From an uncultured Clostridia bacterium (GTDB taxonomy: Bacteria; Bacillota; Clostridia; Christensenellales; CAG-917): DNA of 64,000 bases. Below are positions 1 through 10,974 of this stretch, in pieces. Location: NCBI GenBank assembly GCA_963545485.1, contig CAUUJG010000007.1:6240-70239 (forward strand), in the 5' to 3' direction. Under the pieces are notes generated by a model, which had not been told where the DNA came from, did no database searches, and saw only the letters and a list, made by a program, of their open reading frames with translations. Numbering within the stretch: position 1 is the first letter of the stretch; each line of letters opens with the position of its first letter. The translations under genes were made by a program, and so were the position numbers.

Positions 1-1
1 G

Positions 2-793
2 TCGCATAATGATCCTCAAAAAGATGTAATAAAATTAATGAATCCATTAAGTGAAGCAGTTGCTTGTATGCGTCCGTCTTTAATTTATTCTGTTTTAAAT
101 ACAGTTTCATATAATTTGTCACATTCGAACAAAGATTTCGGAATATTTGAAATTGCAAAAACATATTGTAAAAATCCTGAATTTAATAAAGGAACTGATT
201 TACCAACTGAAGAAAGCAAACTTGTATGTGCTTTAGTAGATAAAGATATACATGATTTAGCTCAAATATTAAAAATGCTCTGTGAAGGATTGAGATTAAA
301 TATGCATTTAGAACAAAATACTAGACCATATCTTCATCCAGGAAGAACTGGACAAATTATAATAAACAATGAAGTTGTAGGAGAGATTGGAGAAGTACAT
401 CCTCAAGTATCTGACCAGTTTAATTTAAATGCGAAAGTATCAATATTTGAATTATCTGTTGATAAAATATTTAAATTAAGTAGATCAAATTTTAAATTAA
501 AAACATATTCAAAATTCCCAATAATTGAAAGAGATTTGGCAGTGGTTATTAATGAAGATGTTCCTGCATGGAAAATTTTAAGTGTACTTTCTGATTTAAA
601 AATATCTGAGCTCATAGAATACGAATTATTTGATGAATACAAAGGTGATAATATTGAAGCTGGTAAAAAATCAATTGCAATGCATTTTAACATTCAAGGA
701 ATTGATAAAAATTTGGTTGATAACGAAATTGATGAAATTATTAAGCGAGTAATGAATAAATTAGAAGAAAAGTTTGGAGCTGTTATACGGTGA
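2..793 (+). CDS. pheT: Phenylalanine--tRNA ligase beta subunit, C-terminal part (5' end lies outside the window)
   Basis: The frame is open from nt 2 (SHNDPQKDVIKLMNPLS...). It has the typical PheT tail with a ferredoxin-fold anticodon-binding end (...FDEYKGDNIEAGKKSIAMHF...GAVIR). The TGA stop at 791-793 overlaps the GTG start of the next gene. Confidence 0.85.
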   Translation, partial: SHNDPQKDVIKLMNPLSEAVACMRPSLIYSVLNTVSYNLSHSNKDFGIFEIAKTYCKNPEFNKGTDLPTEESKLVCALVDKDIHDLAQILKMLCEGLRLNMHLEQNTRPYLHPGRTGQIIINNEVVGEIGEVHPQVSDQFNLNAKVSIFELSVDKIFKLSRSNFKLKTYSKFPIIERDLAVVINEDVPAWKILSVLSDLKISELIEYELFDEYKGDNIEAGKKSIAMHFNIQGIDKNLVDNEIDEIIKRVMNKLEEKFGAVIR

Positions 794-1905
794 TATATTT
801 AGATAATGCAGCGACAACCAAACCATATGAGCAAGCATTAAAAGTTTTTTTACGTAGTTCAGAAGATGAATATTTCAACACATCAGCTTTGTATGCATGT
901 GGAGTAAATTTAAATAAAGAACTTGATTATATACGAAATGATATTTTAAATATTTTGCATGGTAATGGTACCGTTATATTTAATTCCGGTGGAACGGAAG
1001 GTGCTAATCAAGTTTTTGCATCATCTAAATTAAAAAAGAAATCTACTATTTTAATATCCATGGCAGAGCATGATTGTGTAGTAAATTCAACAAAAAAATT
1101 GATGGAAGAGGGATTTACTGTTAAGTATATTCCAGTTGATAAATACGGTCGCATAATTGAAGGTGAATATGTAAAATTGCTAACTGAAGATGTAAGTTTA
1201 GTATCAATTATGCATGTTTGTAATGAAAGTGGTACCCACAATGATATAAAACGGCTTAACAGACTTGCAAAAAATGCAAATCCAAATGTTTTATTTCATA
1301 GTGATGGAGTTCAAGCATTTCTTAAAACTGAAGTAAATATCTTGGATTTAGGAGTTGATTTTTATACTGTATCAGGACATAAATTCCATGGTTTAAAGGG
1401 CGTTGGATTTTTATATCTTAAAGATGAAAAAAATATAAAGCCATTGATATATGGTGGTGGACAGGAAAAAGGATTACGTTCCGGGACAGTGCCTTTCCCA
1501 AATATTAAAGCGATGCATGAAGCCATTAAAATAGGTAACGAAAATTTAAAAGACAAAATTATGCTAAGACAAGAATATATTAAAAATTTAAGAAACAAAC
1601 TTGAAAAAAATATACCCGATATATTCTTTCTTTCTGATGAGTATTCAACATCGATACTTCAGTTAGCAATTAAGAATATTCGAGGAGAAGTACTGTTACA
1701 TGCCTTGGAAAAACACAATATTATTATGGGTACCGGATCTGCTTGTGCTGGAAGAAAAGAAAGTCTATATAAAAAATCATTAGAAATTCCTGATGATTAT
1801 AAAAATGGAATAATAAGATTAAGCATCTCATCATTTAATAATATTGATGAAATACAATATGTGGTTGAAAAAATTACTGATGAGGTAAGAGAACTGCGAG
1901 TATAA
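790..1905 (+). CDS. Cysteine desulfurase (class V aminotransferase, NifS/IscS/NifZ-like)
   Basis: MIYLDNAATTKP N-terminus; PLP-lysine motif SGHKFHG; C-terminal GTGSACAG catalytic-Cys loop; 371 aa. It sits directly upstream of thiI, the sulfur-donor/ThiI pairing known from Bacillus NifZ-ThiI. Confidence 0.85.
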   Translation: MIYLDNAATTKPYEQALKVFLRSSEDEYFNTSALYACGVNLNKELDYIRNDILNILHGNGTVIFNSGGTEGANQVFASSKLKKKSTILISMAEHDCVVNSTKKLMEEGFTVKYIPVDKYGRIIEGEYVKLLTEDVSLVSIMHVCNESGTHNDIKRLNRLAKNANPNVLFHSDGVQAFLKTEVNILDLGVDFYTVSGHKFHGLKGVGFLYLKDEKNIKPLIYGGGQEKGLRSGTVPFPNIKAMHEAIKIGNENLKDKIMLRQEYIKNLRNKLEKNIPDIFFLSDEYSTSILQLAIKNIRGEVLLHALEKHNIIMGTGSACAGRKESLYKKSLEIPDDYKNGIIRLSISSFNNIDEIQYVVEKITDEVRELRV

Positions 1906-1906
1906 A

Positions 1907-3091
1907 ATGGAAGAAGTAATAATAATAAGATTTGGTGAAATATTTTTAAAAGGGAAAAATAAGAAAGCTTTTGAAAAGTTACTGCTTAAAAATATTAAAA
2001 ATGCATTATTTAAAGAAAATATTACATACGATATTGTTTCGTTACAAAATAGATACTATGTTAAAAGCTTTACCGGCGAAAATAAAAATAAAATTTTAGA
2101 TATTGTCTCATCAACATTTGGAATATATTCATATTCAACAGGCTATTTAACAAAATATAAAGATATTTTATTTAATGAAGTTGGTATTATTTTGGCTAAT
2201 TATGCAAAAGAATTACATTCATTTAATGAAGATAAGAATAAAACATTTAGGATTACCACAAATCGTGCAAATAAAACAGTTGCTAAGTCTTCATCTGAAA
2301 TTTCAGCGTATCTAGCTTCATTTATTTTAGATAATTGCGATTTAAAAGTTAATTTAAAGAATTTTGATTATGAATATACTATTGACTTAAGAGAAAATGG
2401 TGACATATTTATTTTTGATAATATTAAATATGGACAAGGAGGACTTCCTGTAGGATCTTCATCACATGGGTTACTTCTTTTATCTGGGGGAATTGACTCT
2501 CCTGTTGCCGGATACATGATGGGTAAAAGAGGAATGAAACTTTCAGCGATACATTTTGTTTCTCCACCATACACTTCAGAAGGTGCTAAAAACAAAGTAA
2601 TACAACTTAGGAATATAATATCTAAATATTGTACCGACATTACATTATACATAGTACCTTTTACAGAAATTCAGATGTCAATACATAAAAACTGCTTACC
2701 AGATTACATGATAACTATAATGCGAAGATTTATGATGAAGATAGCAAATAAAATTGCAATCGAAAATAATATATCTGCGATCATTACAGGTGAGTCGTTG
2801 GGACAAGTTGCCTCTCAGACGGTTGAAAGTATGGTATCAACAGAAAGTGTAAGCAAGCTACCAATTTTTAGACCTGTAATAGGAATGGATAAAGAAGAGA
2901 TAATTAATATAGCAAGAAAAATTAAAAGCTTTGAAACTTCTATTTTACCTTTTGAAGATTGTTGTACAGTATTTCTTCCAAAGAATCCTATAATACATCC
3001 AAAGTTAGATAATGTTGAAAAAATCGAAAATCAAATTAAAAATATTGATGAATTAATAGAAAAAGCCATTCAAAATATGGAAATTGTATAA
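1907..3091 (+). CDS. thiI: tRNA 4-thiouridine(8) synthase ThiI
   Basis: N-terminal IIRFGEIFLKGKN (ferredoxin-like/THUMP part); PP-loop SGGIDSPVA; 394 aa; follows a cysteine desulfurase. Confidence 0.9.
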   Translation: MEEVIIIRFGEIFLKGKNKKAFEKLLLKNIKNALFKENITYDIVSLQNRYYVKSFTGENKNKILDIVSSTFGIYSYSTGYLTKYKDILFNEVGIILANYAKELHSFNEDKNKTFRITTNRANKTVAKSSSEISAYLASFILDNCDLKVNLKNFDYEYTIDLRENGDIFIFDNIKYGQGGLPVGSSSHGLLLLSGGIDSPVAGYMMGKRGMKLSAIHFVSPPYTSEGAKNKVIQLRNIISKYCTDITLYIVPFTEIQMSIHKNCLPDYMITIMRRFMMKIANKIAIENNISAIITGESLGQVASQTVESMVSTESVSKLPIFRPVIGMDKEEIINIARKIKSFETSILPFEDCCTVFLPKNPIIHPKLDNVEKIENQIKNIDELIEKAIQNMEIV

Positions 3092-4416
3092 TGTCGAAAA
3101 CATATAAAATTAACACATACGGCTGTCAGATGAATGTTCATGAATCTGAAAAAATTGCAGCAATTTTAAACGAAAATGGATATGAAGCAACTGACAACCA
3201 AATAGCAGATATAGTTGTTTTTAATACATGCTGTATTAGAGATACCGCAGAAAGGAAAATTTTAGGTCATATAGGAAGATATAAAAAAATCAAAGAACAA
3301 CATCCTGATATTATTTTAGTAATTGTTGGTTGTCTTTCTCAACAAGAAAGATATGATGAAATATTTAAAAAAAGATATCCATATGTAAATATAATTTTAG
3401 GGACACGAAATATTTCTGACTTGAATGAAATTTTAAAATCATACTTATTAGAACATAAAAAAATTAAATATTCATCGCAAAAAATGCCAGTAGAGTATAT
3501 GTGCCTTGATTCAAAATTGGAAAAGTATAGAACAAGTTTTCCAAATGCCTGGATAAATATCATATATGGATGCAATAACTTTTGTACATATTGTATAGTT
3601 CCACATGTAAGAGGTAGAGAGATATCAAGAAATAAAACCGATATTTTAAATGAAGTGAAAAAATGTTTAGATTTAGGATACAAAGAGATTACTTTACTTG
3701 GACAAAATGTAAATAGTTATGGAAACGATTTAAGCACAAAAGAAACTTTTGCAAGTTTATTAAATACTATCGATCAACTTGATTATAAATTTAGATTAAA
3801 ATTTATGACATCTCATCCAAAGGATTTAAATGACGATGTAATAGATGTTATGAGTGATAGCAAACATATTGCTCATTATTTACATTTACCAATTCAATCA
3901 GGATCTAACAAAGTTTTGAATGATATGCATAGAAGATATACAGCGGAACATTATTTAAATATAATCAAAAAAATTAGAAAGAAAATACCTGACATTGGAT
4001 TGACAACAGACATAATGGTTGGATTTCCATCTGAAACGGATGCAGATTTTTATGATACATATAACATTGTAAAAGAAATTAGATACAATAGTGTTTTTGC
4101 TTTTATTTATTCTCCTCGAAAGGGAACCCCTGCAGCTGAAATGGAACAAATTCCATATGAAATTAAGCAAGAAAGATTAGATAAAATTTTAAAGTTACAA
4201 AATGAAATTACTATAGAAATGAGTAAAAACTCATTAAATGAAATTCATGAGATTTTGACAGACGCATTTCTTATTTCTAAAATGGGATATGTAACCGGGA
4301 AAACATTTAATGGAAAAATTGTTAATGTTCCAGCTGAAAATATTGGAATAGGTGAATTTATAAATGTAAAGATTACATCAAATAAAAATACTTCAATGTT
4401 CGGAGAAAAGATATAA
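3091..4416 (+). CDS. miaB: tRNA-i6A37 methylthiotransferase MiaB (radical SAM)
   Basis: N-terminal YGCQMN...FNTCCIR cluster motif; radical-SAM CNNFCTYCIVP; C-terminal TRAM-like end; 441 aa. Its position upstream of mutS matches Bacillus ymcB. The ATG overlaps the thiI stop (TAATG). Confidence 0.85.
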   Translation: MSKTYKINTYGCQMNVHESEKIAAILNENGYEATDNQIADIVVFNTCCIRDTAERKILGHIGRYKKIKEQHPDIILVIVGCLSQQERYDEIFKKRYPYVNIILGTRNISDLNEILKSYLLEHKKIKYSSQKMPVEYMCLDSKLEKYRTSFPNAWINIIYGCNNFCTYCIVPHVRGREISRNKTDILNEVKKCLDLGYKEITLLGQNVNSYGNDLSTKETFASLLNTIDQLDYKFRLKFMTSHPKDLNDDVIDVMSDSKHIAHYLHLPIQSGSNKVLNDMHRRYTAEHYLNIIKKIRKKIPDIGLTTDIMVGFPSETDADFYDTYNIVKEIRYNSVFAFIYSPRKGTPAAEMEQIPYEIKQERLDKILKLQNEITIEMSKNSLNEIHEILTDAFLISKMGYVTGKTFNGKIVNVPAENIGIGEFINVKITSNKNTSMFGEKI

Positions 4417-7011
4417 TTGGAAGAAAAAATCACCCCGATGTGGAAACAATATCACACTATTAAGTCAGAATATAAAGACTATATTCTTCTATATAGACTT
4501 GGTGATTTTTATGAAATGTTTTATGAAGATGCAAAAATTGGATCTGATGTTTTAGGAATTGCATTAACCGGTAGAAGTGCAGGGAATAATACAAAAGCAC
4601 CAATGTGCGGAGTACCATTTCATAGTGTAAATTTATATATTAAAAAATTAATTGAAGCTGGATATTCAATTGCAATGTGTGAACAGATTTCAGATTCATC
4701 TGAAAAAGGTATGGTTGAACGAAAAGTAGTTAGAGTTATAACCCCTGGAACAGTCATAGAAGACACTATTTTATCCGAACCAGAATCTAATTATTTGGCA
4801 TATATATATTTTGAAAGAAATAGTTTTGCAATTTCTTGGATAGATATTTCCACGGGTGAATATAATGTATATTCTCATATTGATAAAGAACCATTAACTA
4901 AAATTCAAGATTTGTTATCTATGATAAAGCCAAAAGAGATTTTATCCAATGATGAATTTTTTAAATTTCACTATGATATACCTTATTTTAATATGTTTAA
5001 TATTAAGCCTAAAGTTTTTTCTTCAGGCAGAATGACTGTTAATAGTGCAAAAGAATTTTTAATTAATTATTTTAATTTAAAAACATTAAATTCTTTTGAG
5101 ATAAAAAATGATTTAGAGATACTAGCTGCAGCTCAAATACTTTCTTATATTATTAATACTCAACAACAAATTTTAAAAAATATAATTAAACTAACTGTTA
5201 TTAATGAATCTATGTATATGATTTTAGATATTAATACTCGAAGGAATCTAGAGCTTATACAAAATGTAAGAGACGGTAAAAAAGAAGGAACACTAATAGA
5301 AGTACTTGATTATACAGTTACTCCAATGGGCTATAGAGCTTTAAAAAGTATAATTGAAAAACCATTGCACATATCCAAGGATATAAATGCAAGACTTGAT
5401 TCAATAACAGAATTAATTCAAAAAAAAGAGGAAACAAACAAATTAAATAATTTATTTGCAAATATTAAAGATTTAGATAGAATACTGTCGAGAATTCTTA
5501 TAGCATCAATTAATCCAAAAGAAATTTTACATGTTTTAGAAACACTTCAGTTAATACCTAAAATTAAACAACTACTTAAAGAACATAATTCGGAATTAAT
5601 TAAAAATTTGAATAACGATATTTCTTATTTAGATGAATTTACAGATATTTTAAACAGATCTCTCGATAAAGAAAAAATTAATAATAATGAACACTTTGTT
5701 ATAAATAGTTGTTTTTCAAAAGAATATGATGAATATAGTAATATTGCAAAAAATGCTCAACAATGGGTTGCTGCAATTGAGCAAAAAGAAAAAGAGCATA
5801 CAGGAATAAAAAACTTAAAGATATCAAAAAATAATATTTTTGGTTTTTATATAGAAGTAACGAAATCATTTACTAATTCTGTTCCGGATAATTATATTAG
5901 AAAACAAACATTGGTAGGGTCTGAAAGATATACAATTCCGGAATTACAAGAAATAGAAGAAAAAATTAATTCAGCAGAAATTAAATTAAATAATATTCAG
6001 GAAGAGATTATTAACAATATTAAAATTGAATTTATTAATCATTACTCTGAATTGAAAAAAATTTCCAATTCAATAGGCATGTTGGATTGTTTAATATCGT
6101 TAGCTAAATCCGCAGTTATAAACAACTATCAGAGGCCTATAATTAGTGATGAAATCAAAGAATTAAAAATCATATCTGGAAGACATCCAGTCGTAGAGCA
6201 GATTTTAAAGAAAAATGTTTATGTTCCAAACGATACTACATTTGATAATACAAAAAGAACGCACATAATATCTGGTCCAAATATGGCGGGTAAAAGCACG
6301 TATATGCGTCAGGTAGCATTAATTACATTAATGGCACATATAGGTTCATTTGTATCTGCAGAATCGGCACAGATTCCTATAATCGATAGAATTTTTACAC
6401 GAATAGGTGCTTCAGATGATTTATTTACAGGGCAATCAACATTTATGGTAGAAATGAATGAAATTGCAATGATTCTAAATTATGCTACTGAAAACTCATT
6501 ACTGATTATAGATGAAATTGGTCGTGGAACATCTACACTTGATGGATTAAGTATTGCTTGGTCTATCATTACATACATTAATGATAAAGTAAAAGCAAAA
6601 ACCTTGTTTTCAACACATTTCCATGAATTAATAGAATTAAATGATGTTGATGGAATTATTAATTATCATATTCTTATAAGTGAAAAAAATAATAAAATTA
6701 ACTTTTTGTATAAAATAGTTCCAGGTGGAGCTGTTAGAAGTTACGGAATAGAAGTGGCTGAAATAGCTGGAGTAAATAAAGAAGTTATAACAACTGCAAA
6801 ACAGATTTTAAAGAACTTAGAGGTAAATAATATTGGATTAGACATACCAAATAAGTCGGATTGGTACACACAAGGTAACTTGTTTGATTACAAAGAAAAA
6901 AGTAAAATTGAAAAAGAAATTTTAGATTTAAATTTAGATAATATAACACCTTTACAAGCATTAACTTATTTAATTGATATTAAGAAAAACATAGAGGAAT
7001 CTTATGAGTAA
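4417..7011 (+). CDS. mutS: DNA mismatch repair protein MutS
   Basis: TPMWKQY N-terminus; Walker A GPNMAGKST; DEIGRGTS; STHFHEL; 864 aa. TTG start immediately after the miaB stop, with GGAG 12 nt upstream. Confidence 0.95.
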   Translation: MEEKITPMWKQYHTIKSEYKDYILLYRLGDFYEMFYEDAKIGSDVLGIALTGRSAGNNTKAPMCGVPFHSVNLYIKKLIEAGYSIAMCEQISDSSEKGMVERKVVRVITPGTVIEDTILSEPESNYLAYIYFERNSFAISWIDISTGEYNVYSHIDKEPLTKIQDLLSMIKPKEILSNDEFFKFHYDIPYFNMFNIKPKVFSSGRMTVNSAKEFLINYFNLKTLNSFEIKNDLEILAAAQILSYIINTQQQILKNIIKLTVINESMYMILDINTRRNLELIQNVRDGKKEGTLIEVLDYTVTPMGYRALKSIIEKPLHISKDINARLDSITELIQKKEETNKLNNLFANIKDLDRILSRILIASINPKEILHVLETLQLIPKIKQLLKEHNSELIKNLNNDISYLDEFTDILNRSLDKEKINNNEHFVINSCFSKEYDEYSNIAKNAQQWVAAIEQKEKEHTGIKNLKISKNNIFGFYIEVTKSFTNSVPDNYIRKQTLVGSERYTIPELQEIEEKINSAEIKLNNIQEEIINNIKIEFINHYSELKKISNSIGMLDCLISLAKSAVINNYQRPIISDEIKELKIISGRHPVVEQILKKNVYVPNDTTFDNTKRTHIISGPNMAGKSTYMRQVALITLMAHIGSFVSAESAQIPIIDRIFTRIGASDDLFTGQSTFMVEMNEIAMILNYATENSLLIIDEIGRGTSTLDGLSIAWSIITYINDKVKAKTLFSTHFHELIELNDVDGIINYHILISEKNNKINFLYKIVPGGAVRSYGIEVAEIAGVNKEVITTAKQILKNLEVNNIGLDIPNKSDWYTQGNLFDYKEKSKIEKEILDLNLDNITPLQALTYLIDIKKNIEESYE

Positions 7012-8782
7012 AATAATTCATTTAAGTGAAGATGTATACAATATGATTGCGGCTGGTGAAGTTGTAGAAAATCCATCTTCTGTAGTAAAAGAACTTGTTG
7101 AAAATTCTATAGATGCTGGTGCAACACAAATATTTGTATATACAGAGAAAGGCGGTAAAGAATTAATTAGAGTATCAGACAATGGTATTGGCATTGAATA
7201 CAATGATCTTGAATTGGCATTTATGCCTCATTCAACAAGTAAAATATCGTCAGCTCTAGATTTGTCTCAAATAAGTACTTTAGGATTCAGAGGTGAAGCC
7301 TTACCTTCAATTGCTTCGGTTGCAAAAATAGAAATATTCTCTAGATATAAAAATTCTGACATCAGTGGCCATTTGGTTATTGATGCAGGGAAAATACTTT
7401 TAAAAGAACAATGCAATTGTGCAATTGGAACTAAAATTTTGGTTAGCAATTTATTTTATAATGTTCCGGCAAGGCAAAAGTTTTTAAAATCAGATAACTT
7501 AGAAGAAAAATATATTAAGGAAAAAATTAAAAATCTTATATTTTCATCTCCAAATATATTTTTTAAATATGAAACTGAAAGTGGTATAAGTATGCTGTCA
7601 GAAGGACGGGGACTTGATTATGCAATTTCAGATATTTATTCTGATGAAATTGCCAATAATATGCTAACTGTAAATTATCAAAATCAATATGGCGTAACAG
7701 TTTTTGGGAAAATATCAAATATAAAAATTAGTAAAAGTAATAGGTCATATCAAACTTTAATCATAAATGGAAGAACGGTAACTGATAAAAAATTGCAAGT
7801 TGCAATTGAAAAAGCATATACGCCATATCTCATGACAAAGACATTCCCTTTATATGTACTACATATTAGTATGCCATTTGATGAACTTGATATTAATGTT
7901 CATCCAACGAAATTCGAAGTTAGATTTTTAGACATAGGAAGAATATTTTCCGCTCTTTATAATGCCGTTATGCATGCACTACATGGATATGAAATTGATA
8001 GGAATAATGATAAAAAAACATTAATTAATGAAAATACTCAAAATAGAGGATTCATAACTCCTAAAATTAATGCATCAATCAAATCAAATTCTGAAACACC
8101 AGTTTACAATGAGAAAATAGATAATAAAGGAGATGTTTTCATTTACGATATTAAAGAAAGTATTTCAGATACAAAGACTGAAATATTAAATGTTGTTACA
8201 GAAGATGTCTTTTATGGGAAAATAATTGGTCAAGCTTTTGATACATATTTAATTTTGGAATTAGATAATATTTTATATTTAATTGACCAACATGCAGCTC
8301 AGGAAAGAATAAGATATGATAATATTGTCAAAAATTTTAGTAATGATAAAATCCAAAAGCTTTTAGTTCCATATATTTATAGAATGTCTATTGTGGAAGA
8401 AGAGTACATAAAAAATATATTTACATCATTAATTGATATTGGATTTAGAATTGAAGTAACAGACGGTCAATTAACAATTTTTGCAATACCAGAAATTTTA
8501 ACATCTTATGGTATAGAAAAAATAATTAATTACTTATTTAAAGAAATTAATGACTTATCAGATAAAAATATTGATGATTTCGTTAAAGACTTATTTGCAT
8601 CCAAAGCCTGCAAAGGTGCAATTAAAGGGGGCGATACTCTCACAAGACAACAAATTGCGTATCTTTTGAAAATGATGAAAACAGATGACCAATTATTTCC
8701 TACTCAATGTCCACATGGTAGACCTTGTGTTTTTGAAATCACAAAAGATGAAGTTGAAAAAATATTTAAGAGAATTGTTTAA
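7004..8782 (+). CDS. mutL: DNA mismatch repair protein MutL
   Basis: GHKL ATPase motifs (IAAGEVVENPSSVVKELVENSIDAG, DNGIGI); C-terminal QHAAQERI and CPHGRP motifs; 592 aa; overlaps the mutS end by 8 nt. Confidence 0.95.
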   Translation: MSKIIHLSEDVYNMIAAGEVVENPSSVVKELVENSIDAGATQIFVYTEKGGKELIRVSDNGIGIEYNDLELAFMPHSTSKISSALDLSQISTLGFRGEALPSIASVAKIEIFSRYKNSDISGHLVIDAGKILLKEQCNCAIGTKILVSNLFYNVPARQKFLKSDNLEEKYIKEKIKNLIFSSPNIFFKYETESGISMLSEGRGLDYAISDIYSDEIANNMLTVNYQNQYGVTVFGKISNIKISKSNRSYQTLIINGRTVTDKKLQVAIEKAYTPYLMTKTFPLYVLHISMPFDELDINVHPTKFEVRFLDIGRIFSALYNAVMHALHGYEIDRNNDKKTLINENTQNRGFITPKINASIKSNSETPVYNEKIDNKGDVFIYDIKESISDTKTEILNVVTEDVFYGKIIGQAFDTYLILELDNILYLIDQHAAQERIRYDNIVKNFSNDKIQKLLVPYIYRMSIVEEEYIKNIFTSLIDIGFRIEVTDGQLTIFAIPEILTSYGIEKIINYLFKEINDLSDKNIDDFVKDLFASKACKGAIKGGDTLTRQQIAYLLKMMKTDDQLFPTQCPHGRPCVFEITKDEVEKIFKRIV

Positions 8783-9693
8783 TGGAAATTTATATTGTTG
8801 GTCCTACAGCTTCTGGTAAAAGTGACCTAGCAATACAAATTGCTAAGATTTTAAATACAGAAATTATATCTGCCGACAGCATGCAAATATATAAGGAATT
8901 AAATATAGGCACTGCGAAAATAAAAAAAAATGAAATGATGGGCATCCAACATCATATGATAGATTTAATTTCATATAAAGATGATTTTTCTGTGTCTGAA
9001 TTTTCCAATAGAAGTAAAGAAATTATTAAAGAAATTAAATTAAAAAATAAAATTCCTATTATTGTCGGTGGCACTGGGCTATATGTACATTCTCTTTTGT
9101 ATAATATGAATTTTGGAAAAACAGTTAAAAATATTGAACTCAGAGCTAAAATAGAAAAACTGATAAATAAATATTCACTAGAAAAAGTATATAGAATATT
9201 GCAAATTATAGATTACACAGCATCATTAAAAATTAATAAAAATGATAAGAAACGAATTATTCGTGCACTAGAAATTAACCTGGAAACAAAAAAAAATATT
9301 TCATCTTTAACAGACAATTACTGCTTAGATAGAGAAATAATAATGATATTTATAAATCCAAGCGACAGGGCATTATTATATGAAAAAATTAATTTGCGAG
9401 TAGATAAAATGTTTCAAGATGGGTTATTAGAAGAAATTAAACAAATTGATAATTTTGAATACCAAAGTATGAAAGCAATTGGATATAGAGAATTTAATAA
9501 AGTTAATATAACAAATATCACTGAAGAAGAAATAACTGCGGTTAAAACGCAAATAAAACAAGATACTCGAAGATATGCTAAAAGACAGATAACTTGGTTT
9601 AAACAATATCAATTTGCAAAACAATTTGATTTAAATCAAAACCACAAAATAATTAATTATATTACGGAGAAACTAAATGATTTCAATAAATAA
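8782..9693 (+). CDS. miaA: tRNA dimethylallyltransferase MiaA
   Basis: P-loop GPTASGKS; ISADSMQIYKELNIGTAK; RRYAKRQITWF; 303 aa; TAATG overlap with mutL. Confidence 0.92.
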   Translation: MEIYIVGPTASGKSDLAIQIAKILNTEIISADSMQIYKELNIGTAKIKKNEMMGIQHHMIDLISYKDDFSVSEFSNRSKEIIKEIKLKNKIPIIVGGTGLYVHSLLYNMNFGKTVKNIELRAKIEKLINKYSLEKVYRILQIIDYTASLKINKNDKKRIIRALEINLETKKNISSLTDNYCLDREIIMIFINPSDRALLYEKINLRVDKMFQDGLLEEIKQIDNFEYQSMKAIGYREFNKVNITNITEEEITAVKTQIKQDTRRYAKRQITWFKQYQFAKQFDLNQNHKIINYITEKLNDFNK

Positions 9694-10888
9694 AATAGAG
9701 AATGATTTAAAAAAAGTGTTTGCTAGAATAGATGACATTGCAATATTTAATCAAAAAAAAGTACTTGAGGCTTTTAGAATTAATCAAATTTCTGATTGGC
9801 ATTTTACTCATACCACAGGATATGGGTATGATGATCTGGGACGTCAAATGTTATCTAAATTAGTTGCGACAATTTTTGATGCAGAAAGTGCTATAGCCTC
9901 TCCATTGATTACCTCTGGTACACATGCTATTTCATTAATGTTTTACGCGACCTTATTTCCTGACGATATATTGTTATCAATAACAGGTAAACCATACGAC
10001 ACTTTAAATGATGTAATAAGTAAAAAAAATACAGGTTCACTAGCAGATTATAAAATTAAATATCAAGAAATAGATCTTACAAAAGATGATTTTGACTACA
10101 AACAAATTGAAATGTATTTAAAAGAAAAATTTATTAAATGCGTATTTATAACAAGGAGTAGGGGATATTCTCTTAGAAATTCACTATCGATTACTAAAAT
10201 TAAAGAAGCTATTAAATTTATTAAAAAAATTTCACCTAATACACTAATTTTGGTGGATAATTGTTATGGTGAATTTGTTGATGAACTTGAGCCAACACAA
10301 GTAGGTGCAGATCTAGTTGCAGGATCTTTTATTAAAAATTTAGGTGGGGGGATTGTTCCTACAGGAGGATATATAGTTGGAAAAAAAGAATTAGTGGATT
10401 TAGCTGCTAATAGATTAACTGTACCTTCATTAGGATTTGAAGTTGGTTCCTACAGAAGTGGTTACAATGAATATTTTGAAGGATTATTTATATCACCAGT
10501 TACAGTTAAAAACGCATTAAAATCAGCAGCTTTATTTTCATCTTGTTTTTCACATTTAGGATATGAAACAATTCCAGAAAAAAGTACCATACCATTTGAT
10601 ATTATTGTAAGCATAATACTTAAAGATAAACATAAACTATTAGAGTTTTGTAGATTAATTCAAAAATATTCTCCTGTTAATTCAAATGTAATTCCAGAGC
10701 CATATCAGATGCCTGGATATGATGATGAAATTATTATGGCGGCTGGAACATTTATACAAGGTGCGTCCATTGAATTAACAGCTGATGCTCCAATAAGAGA
10801 ACCTTTTGTAGTTTACTTGCAGGGCGGATTAACTTACGAACATTCAAAAATAGTATTAAATGAACTGCTTAATTTAAATGTTTTTTAA
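9677..10888 (+). CDS. PLP-dependent Cys/Met-metabolism family protein (YnbB / 'aluminium resistance' family)
   Basis: The HFTHTTGYGYDDLGRQ...SGTHAIS signature is typical of the YnbB family. 403 aa; overlaps the miaA end by 17 nt. Confidence 0.75.
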   Translation: MISINKIENDLKKVFARIDDIAIFNQKKVLEAFRINQISDWHFTHTTGYGYDDLGRQMLSKLVATIFDAESAIASPLITSGTHAISLMFYATLFPDDILLSITGKPYDTLNDVISKKNTGSLADYKIKYQEIDLTKDDFDYKQIEMYLKEKFIKCVFITRSRGYSLRNSLSITKIKEAIKFIKKISPNTLILVDNCYGEFVDELEPTQVGADLVAGSFIKNLGGGIVPTGGYIVGKKELVDLAANRLTVPSLGFEVGSYRSGYNEYFEGLFISPVTVKNALKSAALFSSCFSHLGYETIPEKSTIPFDIIVSIILKDKHKLLEFCRLIQKYSPVNSNVIPEPYQMPGYDDEIIMAAGTFIQGASIELTADAPIREPFVVYLQGGLTYEHSKIVLNELLNLNVF

Positions 10889-10974
10889 CTTTACATATTG
10901 CATTCCAAAATAAAGTTAAATTTTAAAATTGATAAATTATATATTAATTTATTATTTTAAAATTTGTGATAAAT

